NCBI GenBank assembly: GCA_052437795.1 | Contig: JBQVPA010000008.1 | DNA length: 64,000 bases | Strand: one strand, 5' to 3' | Origin: Flavobacterium sp. | GTDB taxonomy: Bacteria; Bacteroidota; Bacteroidia; Flavobacteriales; Flavobacteriaceae | Shown: positions 17,925-26,654 of the stretch, piece after piece | Position numbering within the stretch: the first letter of the stretch is position 1 | Layout: the number at the start of each line of letters is the position of its first letter | Notes under the pieces: model-generated | Told to the model about the DNA's origin: nothing | What the model saw: the letters and a program-made list of their open reading frames with translations, nothing else | Database searches by the model: none | Made by a program: the position numbers and the translations under genes

Positions 17925-20081
17925 ATGAAACAAAACAACAAATCCTATCGTATCGACCAGGAAGCAAAGCAGCGGGACCTGTCGACCAACAAGTCTGATG
18001 CTACCAACAAGGCCCTTACGACCAACCAGGGCGTAAGGATCAACGACGACAATAATTCACTGAAGGCCGGTGAGCGTGGGCCATCCCTTTTGGAAGATTT
18101 CATATTAAGGGAAAAGATCACCCATTTTGACCATGAGCGCATCCCGGAGCGTATTGTCCATGCAAGGGGTTCCGCGGCACATGGCTATTTTGAAGTGACC
18201 AACCCGATACCGCAATTCACCAAAGCCGGCTTCCTGCAGGAAGTAGGGCAGAGAACTCCTGTGTTCACGCGTTTCTCGACCGTAGCCGGATCGCGCGGCT
18301 CTACCGACCTTGCCCGTGACGTTCGCGGTTTCTCAGTAAAATTCTACACTCAGGAAGGCATATACGACCTTGTAGGCAATAATATACCTGTATTTTTTAT
18401 TCAGGATGCTACCAAGTTCCCTGACCTTGTTCATGCGGTAAAGCCTGAACCGCACAACGAGATACCGCAGGCAGCATCCGCCCACGATACCTTTTGGGAC
18501 TTCATTTCCCTGATGCCGGAGTCTGCCCATATGATCATGTGGCTGATGTCCGACAGGGCCATACCACGCAGCTACCGAATGATGGAAGGCTTTGGGGTAC
18601 ATACATTCCGGCTTATCAACGAACAGGGAGAGTCGCACTTTGTAAAGTTCCACTGGAAGCCAAAGCTCGGCACGCACGCTGTTGTGTGGGACGAGGCACA
18701 GAAAATATCAGGAAAAGACCCTGATTTCCACAGAAGGGACCTTTGGGAAGCCATTGAGACGGGTAATTTTCCCGAATGGGAACTTGGCGTACAGGTAATA
18801 CCGGATGCCGATGAGCACAACTTTGAGTTCGACCTTCTGGACCCTACAAAGATCGTCCCCGAAGAAGTGGTGCCTGTCACCATAATAGGTAAGATGGTGC
18901 TTAACAGGAATCCCGATAACTTTTTTGCTGAGACCGAGCAGGTGGCATTCCATCCGGGGCATGTGGTGCCGGGGATCGATTTTACGAATGACCCGCTGCT
19001 GCAGGGCAGGCTGTTCTCGTATACTGACACGCAGCTGTTGCGGCTTGGCGGGCCCAACTTCCATGAGATACCTATCAACAGGAGCTTAGCGGCAGTGAAC
19101 AACAACCAGCGTGACGGCTTTATGCGCCAGGAGATCAATATTGGCAGGGTGAGCTATTCACCAAATTCACTGGGCGGGGATTGTCCTTACCAGGCCAGGA
19201 TCGACCAGGGAGGTTTTACAAGTTTCAATGAGCGTTTGGAAGCCCATAAGGTACGCCAGAGGAGCGAGAGCTTTTCCGACCATTTCGGGCAGGCAAAGCT
19301 ATTCTTCAATAGCCAGACACAGGTGGAGAAAGACCATATCGTCAGGGCATTCCGTTTTGAGCTTGGCAAGGTAGATACAACGGCTATCCGTGTGCGTATG
19401 GTGGGTATATTGGCCCAGATAGATACTGTACTTGCTGAGAAAGTGGCAGCAGGACTGAGGATCGAAGTTCCTGCTACGCCGGAGCAGCCGATGAACCATG
19501 GCGTGTCTCCCGAACGGAGAGGGCAGGAGCAGGAGCCAAGAACAGTGCCATCTTCAGTATCCGCCTCGCAGGCGTTAAGCATGATCGATGATCCGACCGT
19601 ACAGCCGACGATCGCTTCCCGTAAGGTGGCCATCATTTGCGCCGACGGTGTGGATGAAAAGGCGGTGCTTTCCATGAAGACAGCACTGATAAAACAAAGT
19701 GCCAAAGGCTGTGTCGTAGCGCCCTACCTTGGTAAGGTGCAAACGGGGCAGGGAGGTGAGATCCCCGTGGACTTCAGTTTCCTGACCAGCTCATCGGTAT
19801 TGTTCGATGCGGTGTATATTCCCGGAGGCCTCGACCTGAACGAACTGTCACAGAACCCCGATGTTATGGATTTCCTTAGCGATGCTTACAGGCACTGTAA
19901 GGTCATTGGCGCGCAGGGGGATGGAATAGAATTGCTCTCGGGCACTTCATTTGCCGCGAAGCTCGATAATGCGGATAAGGGCATCATAATGGACGAAGGT
20001 ATGCAGGACAGTGAATTTGCGGCAGCGTTCATTGCCGCCATGGCCAACCACCGCGTTTGGGAACGCGAAGCGCAACTATAA
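17925..20081 (+). CDS. katE: Large-subunit monofunctional catalase (HPII) with C-terminal DJ-1/GATase-like domain
   Basis: FDHERIPERIVHARG, RFSTVAG, VGNNIPVFF, RLFSYTDTQ, SSVLFDAVYIPGG; start MKQNN preferred over 17874. Confidence 0.95.
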   Translation: MKQNNKSYRIDQEAKQRDLSTNKSDATNKALTTNQGVRINDDNNSLKAGERGPSLLEDFILREKITHFDHERIPERIVHARGSAAHGYFEVTNPIPQFTKAGFLQEVGQRTPVFTRFSTVAGSRGSTDLARDVRGFSVKFYTQEGIYDLVGNNIPVFFIQDATKFPDLVHAVKPEPHNEIPQAASAHDTFWDFISLMPESAHMIMWLMSDRAIPRSYRMMEGFGVHTFRLINEQGESHFVKFHWKPKLGTHAVVWDEAQKISGKDPDFHRRDLWEAIETGNFPEWELGVQVIPDADEHNFEFDLLDPTKIVPEEVVPVTIIGKMVLNRNPDNFFAETEQVAFHPGHVVPGIDFTNDPLLQGRLFSYTDTQLLRLGGPNFHEIPINRSLAAVNNNQRDGFMRQEINIGRVSYSPNSLGGDCPYQARIDQGGFTSFNERLEAHKVRQRSESFSDHFGQAKLFFNSQTQVEKDHIVRAFRFELGKVDTTAIRVRMVGILAQIDTVLAEKVAAGLRIEVPATPEQPMNHGVSPERRGQEQEPRTVPSSVSASQALSMIDDPTVQPTIASRKVAIICADGVDEKAVLSMKTALIKQSAKGCVVAPYLGKVQTGQGGEIPVDFSFLTSSSVLFDAVYIPGGLDLNELSQNPDVMDFLSDAYRHCKVIGAQGDGIELLSGTSFAAKLDNADKGIIMDEGMQDSEFAAAFIAAMANHRVWEREAQL

Positions 20082-20099
20082 TATTTAAAAAAATAAAAA

Positions 20100-20684
20100 A
20101 TGAAAGATACAAAACAAAATCCGGGAACATCACCGTCAAAAGCCGGCAATATGGTGGTACAACCTGCAGCCGATGCTGCCAACGATATGAGGGCACTGTT
20201 CATAGACTCCCTTAAGGATATTTACTGGGCAGAGAACGCACTGGTAAGGGCATTGCCAAAGATGATAGCCAACGCTACAGCACCGCTGTTGGCTTCTGCC
20301 ATAACAGAGCACCTTGAGATCACCAAGATCCAGGTGGAACGCCTGGATGCCGTTTTCAGCCTGTTGGGTGAGACTGCTGAAGGCAAAAAGTGCGAGGCTA
20401 TGGCAGGGCTGATCAAAGAAGGTGACAGTATACTGGAGGAGACCATGCCCGGCCCTGTGCGTGACGCGGGCATCATTGCCGCTTCGCAAAAGATAGAGCA
20501 CTATGAGATCGCTACTTACGGAACGCTTTGTGCCTTTGCGAAAGCCCTGGGCGAGAATGATGCGGTACAGCTGCTTACCCAAACCCTGGCTGAAGAAAAA
20601 GAAGCGGATATGATACTCAGCGATGCCGCATGCGGGATGATCAACCTTAAAGCAGCAGACAATACGTTAAGAGAAGCATTATAA
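20100..20684 (+). CDS. DUF892 / YciE-YciF ferritin-like stress protein (copy 2)
   Basis: LFIDSLKDIYWAE, KKCEAMAGLIKEG, RDAGIIAASQKIEHYEIATYGTL. Confidence 0.9.
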   Translation: MKDTKQNPGTSPSKAGNMVVQPAADAANDMRALFIDSLKDIYWAENALVRALPKMIANATAPLLASAITEHLEITKIQVERLDAVFSLLGETAEGKKCEAMAGLIKEGDSILEETMPGPVRDAGIIAASQKIEHYEIATYGTLCAFAKALGENDAVQLLTQTLAEEKEADMILSDAACGMINLKAADNTLREAL

Positions 20685-20697
20685 TAAAAAGAATGCT

Positions 20698-20910
20698 ATG
20701 AAAAAGATACAAAGCCTTGTTTTACGATATTCCTGTTGTGTGCTGCTGCTCGCAACAGTATCGTGCCGTGAGCCCTCAGGGCAAAAGAGCGGCAGTGATG
20801 ACGGAAGGGAAGCCAACGGCGACACCAGGGGAAGCAGTTCACCCGCAGACAATGAGGGCTCGGGCAGCGGACCGGGCGCAACACCATCAAAAGAGAACAA
20901 TGAGCGGTAA
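20698..20910 (+). CDS. Small putative lipoprotein with hydrophilic Gly/Ser-rich tail
   Basis: Signal-like MKKIQSLVLRYSCCVLLLATVS-C then low-complexity tail; 13 bp after the DUF892 stop. Confidence 0.55.
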   Translation: MKKIQSLVLRYSCCVLLLATVSCREPSGQKSGSDDGREANGDTRGSSSPADNEGSGSGPGATPSKENNER

Positions 20911-21331
20911 TATTGCGAAGCACCAGGGGACGATGTCCCTGCTTCAGGAAGAAAAGGTATTTGGTTTAAAACCTTCATACGATACGGATATGGAACCTTT
21001 CAGTACGTGTGTGATCAGGATAGATAGCAAAGGAACTTATGCAGGGAAAGTCAATTATTGTGAGGTACTGTCAGAATTGGACAGGGCTATTGACACGCGA
21101 AGCTATGAGATATTATGCCTTGGCGAAGACAGCTCCTTTATGATAGCGGATCCGGATAATGGTTTTTTCACCTATATCCAGTTCAATTTCCCTTCACCTA
21201 TTTCTGCATTTGAGGATATCGGGGATATGATAAGGTTACTGGCCGGAGGAAATTGCTGCATGGATACCTTGCGTCAAACCGAACACTACAGGCTGCTTTT
21301 GGTCGATGAGTGCCAGATCAGCTTTAAATAG
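20900..21331 (+). CDS. Hypothetical protein (143 aa)
   Basis: ATG at 20900 overlaps the previous stop; ORF ends before a terminator. Confidence 0.55.
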   Translation: MSGNIAKHQGTMSLLQEEKVFGLKPSYDTDMEPFSTCVIRIDSKGTYAGKVNYCEVLSELDRAIDTRSYEILCLGEDSSFMIADPDNGFFTYIQFNFPSPISAFEDIGDMIRLLAGGNCCMDTLRQTEHYRLLLVDECQISFK

Positions 21332-21368
21332 ATCCTGTTCCTGTTTACTTTATTTCGTACTTATATGC

Positions 21369-21398
21369 TAAAAGGCTGCCGATCAAGGCAGCCTTTTA
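21369..21398. terminator. Bidirectional intrinsic terminator
   Basis: TAAAAGGCTGCC-N6-GGCAGCCTTTTA between convergent genes. Confidence 0.75.
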
Positions 21399-21450
21399 GC
21401 TTTTTGCCTTGTGTGGCAAGTAGAATAAGTGCTTTCATAGTATCGGTATT

Positions 21451-21921
21451 TTAACGCTCTAAAGTAGGATCCGCTTTATCTGCCATCTTATAGACAAGAA
21501 TGGCGGTGATCGTAAAAATGATATGTGCTGTAAAAAGCTGCCTGTAGTAGCCATGGCGATAATTATGGGGAGGATTATCGTGTGCTGCAAAAAATATTTT
21601 CCATGCGGCTATTCCAGCCATGCCGCTAAGCGCGCCGATAACGAGCAACCTTGCCACACCCGGATCTTTGAGCGCTTTACGCCACAGCAGCCAGTATGCC
21701 GCAACAAATGCTATCCCCGTGAGGTAATGGAGGCCCCATCCGGCAGGATGCAGCTCTTTGTTACGTATTTCGGGCAGGCTGTCGGAATTGTTGATGAGCT
21801 TATTTATCATTATGGGCTCAACATACTCTTCGCCTTCCTTTTTTGACTTCCAATAGCTGTACAGGGTCATCAGCGTAGTGCCTGCGATGCCTGCTATGAT
21901 GATCTTTTCCAGTGGTTTCAT
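21451..21921 (-). CDS. Hypothetical membrane protein (about 4 TM)
   Basis: IIIAGIAGTTLMTLYSY, GWGLHYLTGIAF, QLFTAHIIF hydrophobic segments. Confidence 0.75.
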   Translation of the reverse strand: MKPLEKIIIAGIAGTTLMTLYSYWKSKKEGEEYVEPIMINKLINNSDSLPEIRNKELHPAGWGLHYLTGIAFVAAYWLLWRKALKDPGVARLLVIGALSGMAGIAAWKIFFAAHDNPPHNYRHGYYRQLFTAHIIFTITAILVYKMADKADPTLER

Positions 21922-21954
21922 ACAATGTATATTTATAGTTACAGTTAACAGGAA

Positions 21955-22015
21955 TTAAATTACGTAAAGTACAGCTCCCATCTTTACACCATTTATCATA
22001 TCCCTTGCAAGATTG
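21955..22015 (-). promoter_or_regulatory. Tandem TGTAA-like boxes upstream of the membrane protein gene
   Basis: On minus AATCTTGCAA and AATGGTGTAA (forward TTGCA 22005, TTACA 21984; 21 bp apart); weak -7 TAATTTAA 21 nt downstream. Confidence 0.45.
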
Positions 22016-22035
22016 TCCCTGTCCGTTGGCGATAC

Positions 22036-22096
22036 AATTATGTAAGGCACACAAAAAATCATGTAACGTTAGCCCTTTATGAGATACATAACTTTA
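22036..22096 (+). promoter_or_regulatory. DUF6766 promoter with tandem TGTAA boxes
   Basis: AATTATGTAA (TGTAA 22041) and AAAATCATGTAA (TGTAA 22062), 21 bp apart; 22 nt gap; TAACTTTA at 22089-22096. Confidence 0.65.
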
Positions 22097-22143
22097 TCCT
22101 GCTTGATAAGTTAGCCGGTCATAAGGCATTAAAGTCAAATAAT

Positions 22144-22797
22144 ATGAAGTTTTTCAGAAACAATTCCTTGTCCATATCCTTCTTTTTGCTTTTCCTCCTA
22201 TCCCTTGGTGGGCAGGTGTTTTTCGGGTTGAAAGAATATAACAAAGAGCTTGTGCAAGAGGGAGGAGAACATGTAGGTCTCACCGGTTATCTAACCTCCG
22301 GCCATTTCCTGCAGTCAACATTTGAGAACTGGGAAAGTGAATTTTTGCAGATGGCGCTTTTGGTGGTATTCACCATTTTCCTGATGCAGAAAGGCTCATC
22401 GGAAAGCAAAGACCCCGACTCGGAGGAAGAAGTGGACCGTGAACCCGATCCTCGCCGAAAGAATGCGCCGTGGCCGGTACGTACCGGCGGATGGGTTTTG
22501 GCAATATACAAGCATTCGCTTACCCTTGTGCTGCTGGTATTATTCGCTATCAGCTTTATACTCCACTTTCATGGCAGCCTAAAAGACGAGAATGTACACC
22601 TGGCCCTGCAAGGACATCCACCCGAAACAGCGTCTGAGTACTTCTTCGATTCGCGGTTCTGGTTCGAATCCCTGCAAAATTGGCAGAGCGAATTCCTCTC
22701 GGTCTTCGCGATAGTCGTCCTGTCTGTTTACCTGAGACAAAAGGGTTCCCCACAATCCAAACCGGTAGATGCCCCTAATGCCGAAACGGGGGAATAA
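22144..22797 (+). CDS. DUF6766-family membrane protein
   Basis: NNSLSI, TFENWESEFLQ, QKGSSESK, FESLQNWQSEFLS, RQKGSPQSKPV internal repeat. Confidence 0.8.
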   Translation: MKFFRNNSLSISFFLLFLLSLGGQVFFGLKEYNKELVQEGGEHVGLTGYLTSGHFLQSTFENWESEFLQMALLVVFTIFLMQKGSSESKDPDSEEEVDREPDPRRKNAPWPVRTGGWVLAIYKHSLTLVLLVLFAISFILHFHGSLKDENVHLALQGHPPETASEYFFDSRFWFESLQNWQSEFLSVFAIVVLSVYLRQKGSPQSKPVDAPNAETGE

Positions 22798-23005
22798 TAC
22801 AGATTTGGAAATTGTGATCATCCGGTATTTTTAAGGGGTTGTGTCAAAATACTTCAGAGTGGGTCATTCAGAGGGAGTTATAATATTGACGAGAACATCG
22901 GTATGCTGATCGATACCGATAAATACATTATCGTATGCTTGAAGGAAAGTGAGAATTGCTCCTTTAAACAATAGTTCCCATACACTAACTGTACAACTTT
23001 TACAC

Positions 23006-23047
23006 AAAATCATGTAAGTAACACCAGCCATTGTATTCGCACATTTG
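23006..23047 (+). promoter_or_regulatory. GT-glf-GH operon promoter with TGTAA box
   Basis: Exact AAAATCATGTAA at 23006-23017, 22 nt gap, CACATTTG at 23040-23047. Confidence 0.6.
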
Positions 23048-23092
23048 TTATTGTCCATAACGGGCATATGATAACGATTAACTAATTAATTT

Positions 23093-24214
23093 ATGCAAAG
23101 CACTTCAACAGAAAAAGAGAAGGTTTACGGTCGGTCGGTGGTGGAACGGAATTCGTACGATATGGTCGTATTTTGTCATTTGAGATGGGATTTTGTATAC
23201 CAACGTCCGCAACATGTCATTAAAAGGATGGCCCAACAATACAGGGTACTATTTGTTGAAGAGCCCTGGTTCCGCCCGGAGGAACAGGGAAGCAGGCTTA
23301 CAGAGGTCTCGGCGACGCTTCACGTACTTCAGCCCAATACGCAGGATATATCCGATATAGGTGCTATACTTAATGACTATATAGATAGCGACGCAGCGTT
23401 GATCGGATGGTTTTATTCACCATCGTTCGTACCATTGATGGAGCAATTTAATTTCCAGACCGTCATTTATGACTGTATGGACGAGCTATCCCTGTTTAAA
23501 GGGGCGCCCGCTAAATTGATAGATCAGGAACGCCAACTTATCGCCAATGCCGACATTGTATTCACAGGCGGTAAATCGCTCTATGAATCCAAAGCCCTGC
23601 TGCATGATAATGTTCATTGCTTTCCCAGCTCGGTCGACCGTGCCCATTTTGCAAAAGCGCTTAATGGTATCGCCATACCGCCGGATATTGCCGCGATACA
23701 GTCTCCGATAGCAGGCTATTTTGGAGTTATTGATGAACGCATAGACCTAACCCTGCTGGATGAGACAGCCGCCCAAATGCCGGATATCTCCTTTGTAATG
23801 ATAGGTCCATTGGCTAAGATAGGGCAGGAGGATCTGCCAAAAAGAGAGAACATCCACTATCTGGGCATGAAAGAATATTCTGAACTTCCGGGTTACATAA
23901 AGGCTTTCGACATTGCAATGATGCCTTTTGCGCTCAACGATGCTACCCGCTACATAAGCCCAACTAAAACACTGGAATACATGGCGGCACAAAAGCCTAT
24001 TGCCTCTACGGCCATTACCGATGTTGTTCGCGACTATGCACATTGTGTAAGTATAATAGAAAATGCCGGAGACCTGAGGGAGGCCATCGTTAAAACGCTT
24101 AACGAAGCCCCAGATCCCCGTTTAACCGTGGACTACGATGCTATTCTGGAAACAACTTCCTGGGATAATACGGTTTCAGCCATGAAGTCCCACATTAAAG
24201 CCATAGCAGAATGA
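23093..24214 (+). CDS. GT-B fold glycosyltransferase (GT4-like)
   Basis: CHLRWDFVYQRPQH, YDCMDEL, YFGVIDERID, PFALNDATRYISPTKTLEYMAA. Confidence 0.88.
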   Translation: MQSTSTEKEKVYGRSVVERNSYDMVVFCHLRWDFVYQRPQHVIKRMAQQYRVLFVEEPWFRPEEQGSRLTEVSATLHVLQPNTQDISDIGAILNDYIDSDAALIGWFYSPSFVPLMEQFNFQTVIYDCMDELSLFKGAPAKLIDQERQLIANADIVFTGGKSLYESKALLHDNVHCFPSSVDRAHFAKALNGIAIPPDIAAIQSPIAGYFGVIDERIDLTLLDETAAQMPDISFVMIGPLAKIGQEDLPKRENIHYLGMKEYSELPGYIKAFDIAMMPFALNDATRYISPTKTLEYMAAQKPIASTAITDVVRDYAHCVSIIENAGDLREAIVKTLNEAPDPRLTVDYDAILETTSWDNTVSAMKSHIKAIAE

Positions 24215-25359
24215 GAAATGCTGACATTGTGATCATCGGGGCCGGAATTTCCGGCGCAGTGCTTGCAGAGCGCTATGCCAATGCAGGAAAGAAAGTGCTC
24301 GTTATCGAAAAACGCAGCCATATAGCAGGCAATTGCTATGACCACATTGACGATAACGGGATATTGGTATCAAAATACGGTGCGCACCTGTTCCATACCA
24401 ACTACGAAGATGTATGGGAATATGTGAACCGGTTTTCGGACTGGTATCCCTGGGAGCATAAGGTGCTTGCAAAAGTAGACGGACAGCTGGTGCCTATACC
24501 TGTAAATATCACAACGGTAAATACCCTTTTCGGTAGCGATATAAATACAGAAGACGAGATGGACGAATGGCTGGCAGAAAATACCCTCCCTATCGAAAAC
24601 CCTTCAAATGGCGAAGAAGCTGCCCTGTCAAAAGTTGGCCCGGTTTTGTATGAGAAGATGTTTAAACACTATACAAAAAAGCAATGGGACAAATACCCGG
24701 AAGAACTGGATGCCTCGGTACTGAACCGGATCCCCGTCCGGACTAACCACGATGACAGGTATTTTTCAGATATTCATCAGGCGTTGCCAAAGAAGGGGTA
24801 TACCGAACTCTTCAGGAATATACTTGATCACCCTAATATCGAGATCGTGCTCAATATCGATTACTTTGATATTTGCGACCAGATAGAAGGTTACGAAAAA
24901 TTATTCTACACCGGCCCGGTCGACAGGTTCTTTGATTTTAAGCACAGCCTTAAGGACAAGCTGGAATACCGATCGATAAATTTTGTCTCCGAGACGATAG
25001 AGCAGCCCTTTTTTCAGGAAAATTCGGTCGTGAATTATCCGGGAGAGGATGTCGCGTTCACCCGCATCATCGAATACAAGCATTTCGGTAACCAGCAGTC
25101 AGAAAATACCACTGTAGTGCGGGAGTATACCACTGATGAGGGGGAGCCTTATTATCCGGTGCCCAATCCAAAGAACCAGCAGATCTACGAACGGTACAAA
25201 ACGGAGGCCGACAAGCTTGTGGATGTCCATTTTGTAGGTCGCCTGGCTAATTATAAATATTTTAATATGGATCAGGCGTTTAAGAACGCCCTGGACCTTT
25301 TTGCTACCCTTGAAGGCCAACAGGCCTCCGTAGATACCGCCGCCTATGAAAATATTTAA
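24211..25359 (+). CDS. glf: UDP-galactopyranose mutase
   Basis: IIGAGISG, GNCYD, YGAHLFHT, YTKKQW, LEYRS, FTRIIEYKHF, GRLANYKYFNMDQ. Confidence 0.95.
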   Translation: MRNADIVIIGAGISGAVLAERYANAGKKVLVIEKRSHIAGNCYDHIDDNGILVSKYGAHLFHTNYEDVWEYVNRFSDWYPWEHKVLAKVDGQLVPIPVNITTVNTLFGSDINTEDEMDEWLAENTLPIENPSNGEEAALSKVGPVLYEKMFKHYTKKQWDKYPEELDASVLNRIPVRTNHDDRYFSDIHQALPKKGYTELFRNILDHPNIEIVLNIDYFDICDQIEGYEKLFYTGPVDRFFDFKHSLKDKLEYRSINFVSETIEQPFFQENSVVNYPGEDVAFTRIIEYKHFGNQQSENTTVVREYTTDEGEPYYPVPNPKNQQIYERYKTEADKLVDVHFVGRLANYKYFNMDQAFKNALDLFATLEGQQASVDTAAYENI

Positions 25360-26545
25360 TTCATTTTTTATGGGTGGTTTTGAATGTGCGGACCACATAA
25401 ACAGGTCAGGGACACGCGTGAACCTGCTCCGTGTGACCGAGCATGATATTCGTGCGCTGGAGGATTACCGCGACCTTGCCAAATTAGGCATTTATACCGT
25501 AAGGGAGGGTATCTGCTGGAGCGCGGTAGAAAAGGCTCCTTATGTTTTTGATTTCTCTGAGGTAGAAAACCGGATCAGGGCGGCGGAGAGAACAGGTATA
25601 CAGGTCCTTTGGGACCTGTGCCATTTTGGTTATCCGGACGGCATTTATCCGACCCATCCCCATTTTTGTGATCGTTTTGAAGCGCTTTGTACCGCCTTTG
25701 CCAAATTTTATAAAAACGTTTCGAAACAGCCTCTTCTAGTGGTGCCAATAAATGAGATCAGCTTTCTGTCCTGGCACTCCGGTGATGTTCGCGGAACAGT
25801 ACCGTTCGCGGTCAACTGCGGTTTTGATATAAAATACCACTTGTGCAAGGCCGCGATCTTAGGTATAAGGCGGCTCCGTGAAGTCGACCCCGGCTGCAGG
25901 ATCATCCTTGTGGAACCCTTGATCAGTATCCATGGTAATGAAGAGTCGGACTGGAACCATATCAACACAATAAACGACCACCAGTTCCAGGCTATGGACA
26001 TCATAGCAGGAAGGATGTGCCCGGAACTTGGGGGTAGTGAGAACAACCTTGACATCCTGGGATTTAATTATTATTGGAACAGCCAGTGGGAGGACGGCGC
26101 GGGGCCTTTGCCATGGCCTGAGACCATACCGAGGCGTACGCGGGTATCTGCCATGCTAAGGGATGCCTACCGGCGTTACGGGCGGCCATTATTCCTCTCA
26201 GAAACAGGCCATTTCGGAGAAGGCCGTGCGGCATGGATAGCAGAGATAGCACTGGAATCCTGTGCCGCGATCGAAGCGGGGGTACCTTTAGAGGGTGTCT
26301 GTATCTATCCCGTTACGGACCGGCCCGACTGGGACGACCTATGGTCCTATAGCGACTGCGGGATCTTCGACCTGGACGAGCATAATGACAGGCTGCCGCA
26401 TTATGAGAGCATTAATGCGATCAGGGCGGCTCAAATGGTTATCAGCCAGAGCATTTCAGAGGCGCTGGCCCGCTTTACAACGGTGATGCCATCGCCGGAA
26501 GCCCACCCATCCGCCCCGCCGGTCAATAACATAGGATCCTTATGA
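25346..26545 (+). CDS. Clan GH-A (GH1-like) glycoside hydrolase of unknown specificity
   Basis: FMGGFECA, WDLCHFGYP, PINEIS (acid/base), FLSETG (nucleophile). Confidence 0.75.
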   Translation: MKIFNSFFMGGFECADHINRSGTRVNLLRVTEHDIRALEDYRDLAKLGIYTVREGICWSAVEKAPYVFDFSEVENRIRAAERTGIQVLWDLCHFGYPDGIYPTHPHFCDRFEALCTAFAKFYKNVSKQPLLVVPINEISFLSWHSGDVRGTVPFAVNCGFDIKYHLCKAAILGIRRLREVDPGCRIILVEPLISIHGNEESDWNHINTINDHQFQAMDIIAGRMCPELGGSENNLDILGFNYYWNSQWEDGAGPLPWPETIPRRTRVSAMLRDAYRRYGRPLFLSETGHFGEGRAAWIAEIALESCAAIEAGVPLEGVCIYPVTDRPDWDDLWSYSDCGIFDLDEHNDRLPHYESINAIRAAQMVISQSISEALARFTTVMPSPEAHPSAPPVNNIGSL

Positions 26546-26590
26546 ACCGGTATACCGCCTAAGTGGAAAACTGGTACCGGCTTACAAAAA

Positions 26591-26619
26591 AAGCAGTGCC
26601 TGACATGCAGGCACTGCTT
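26591..26619. terminator. Hairpin between convergent operons
   Basis: AAGCAGTGCCTG-N5-CAGGCACTGCTT 12 bp stem with upstream A run. Confidence 0.7.
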
Positions 26620-26654
26620 AACAACCAAATAGAATAACCTAACTATTATCTATT

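Noticed and set aside
22798-22974. Open frame continuing in phase after the DUF6766 TAA stop
   Set aside because: No plausible start, DUF6766 already ends with its family-typical C-terminus, and there is no readthrough signal
10235-23017. TGTAA box as the -35 element of an ECF sigma factor
   Set aside because: No shared -10 motif at ECF-like spacing; instead housekeeping TAnnTTTG-like boxes follow at 21-22 nt and 21-bp tandem copies occur. Not excluded experimentally.
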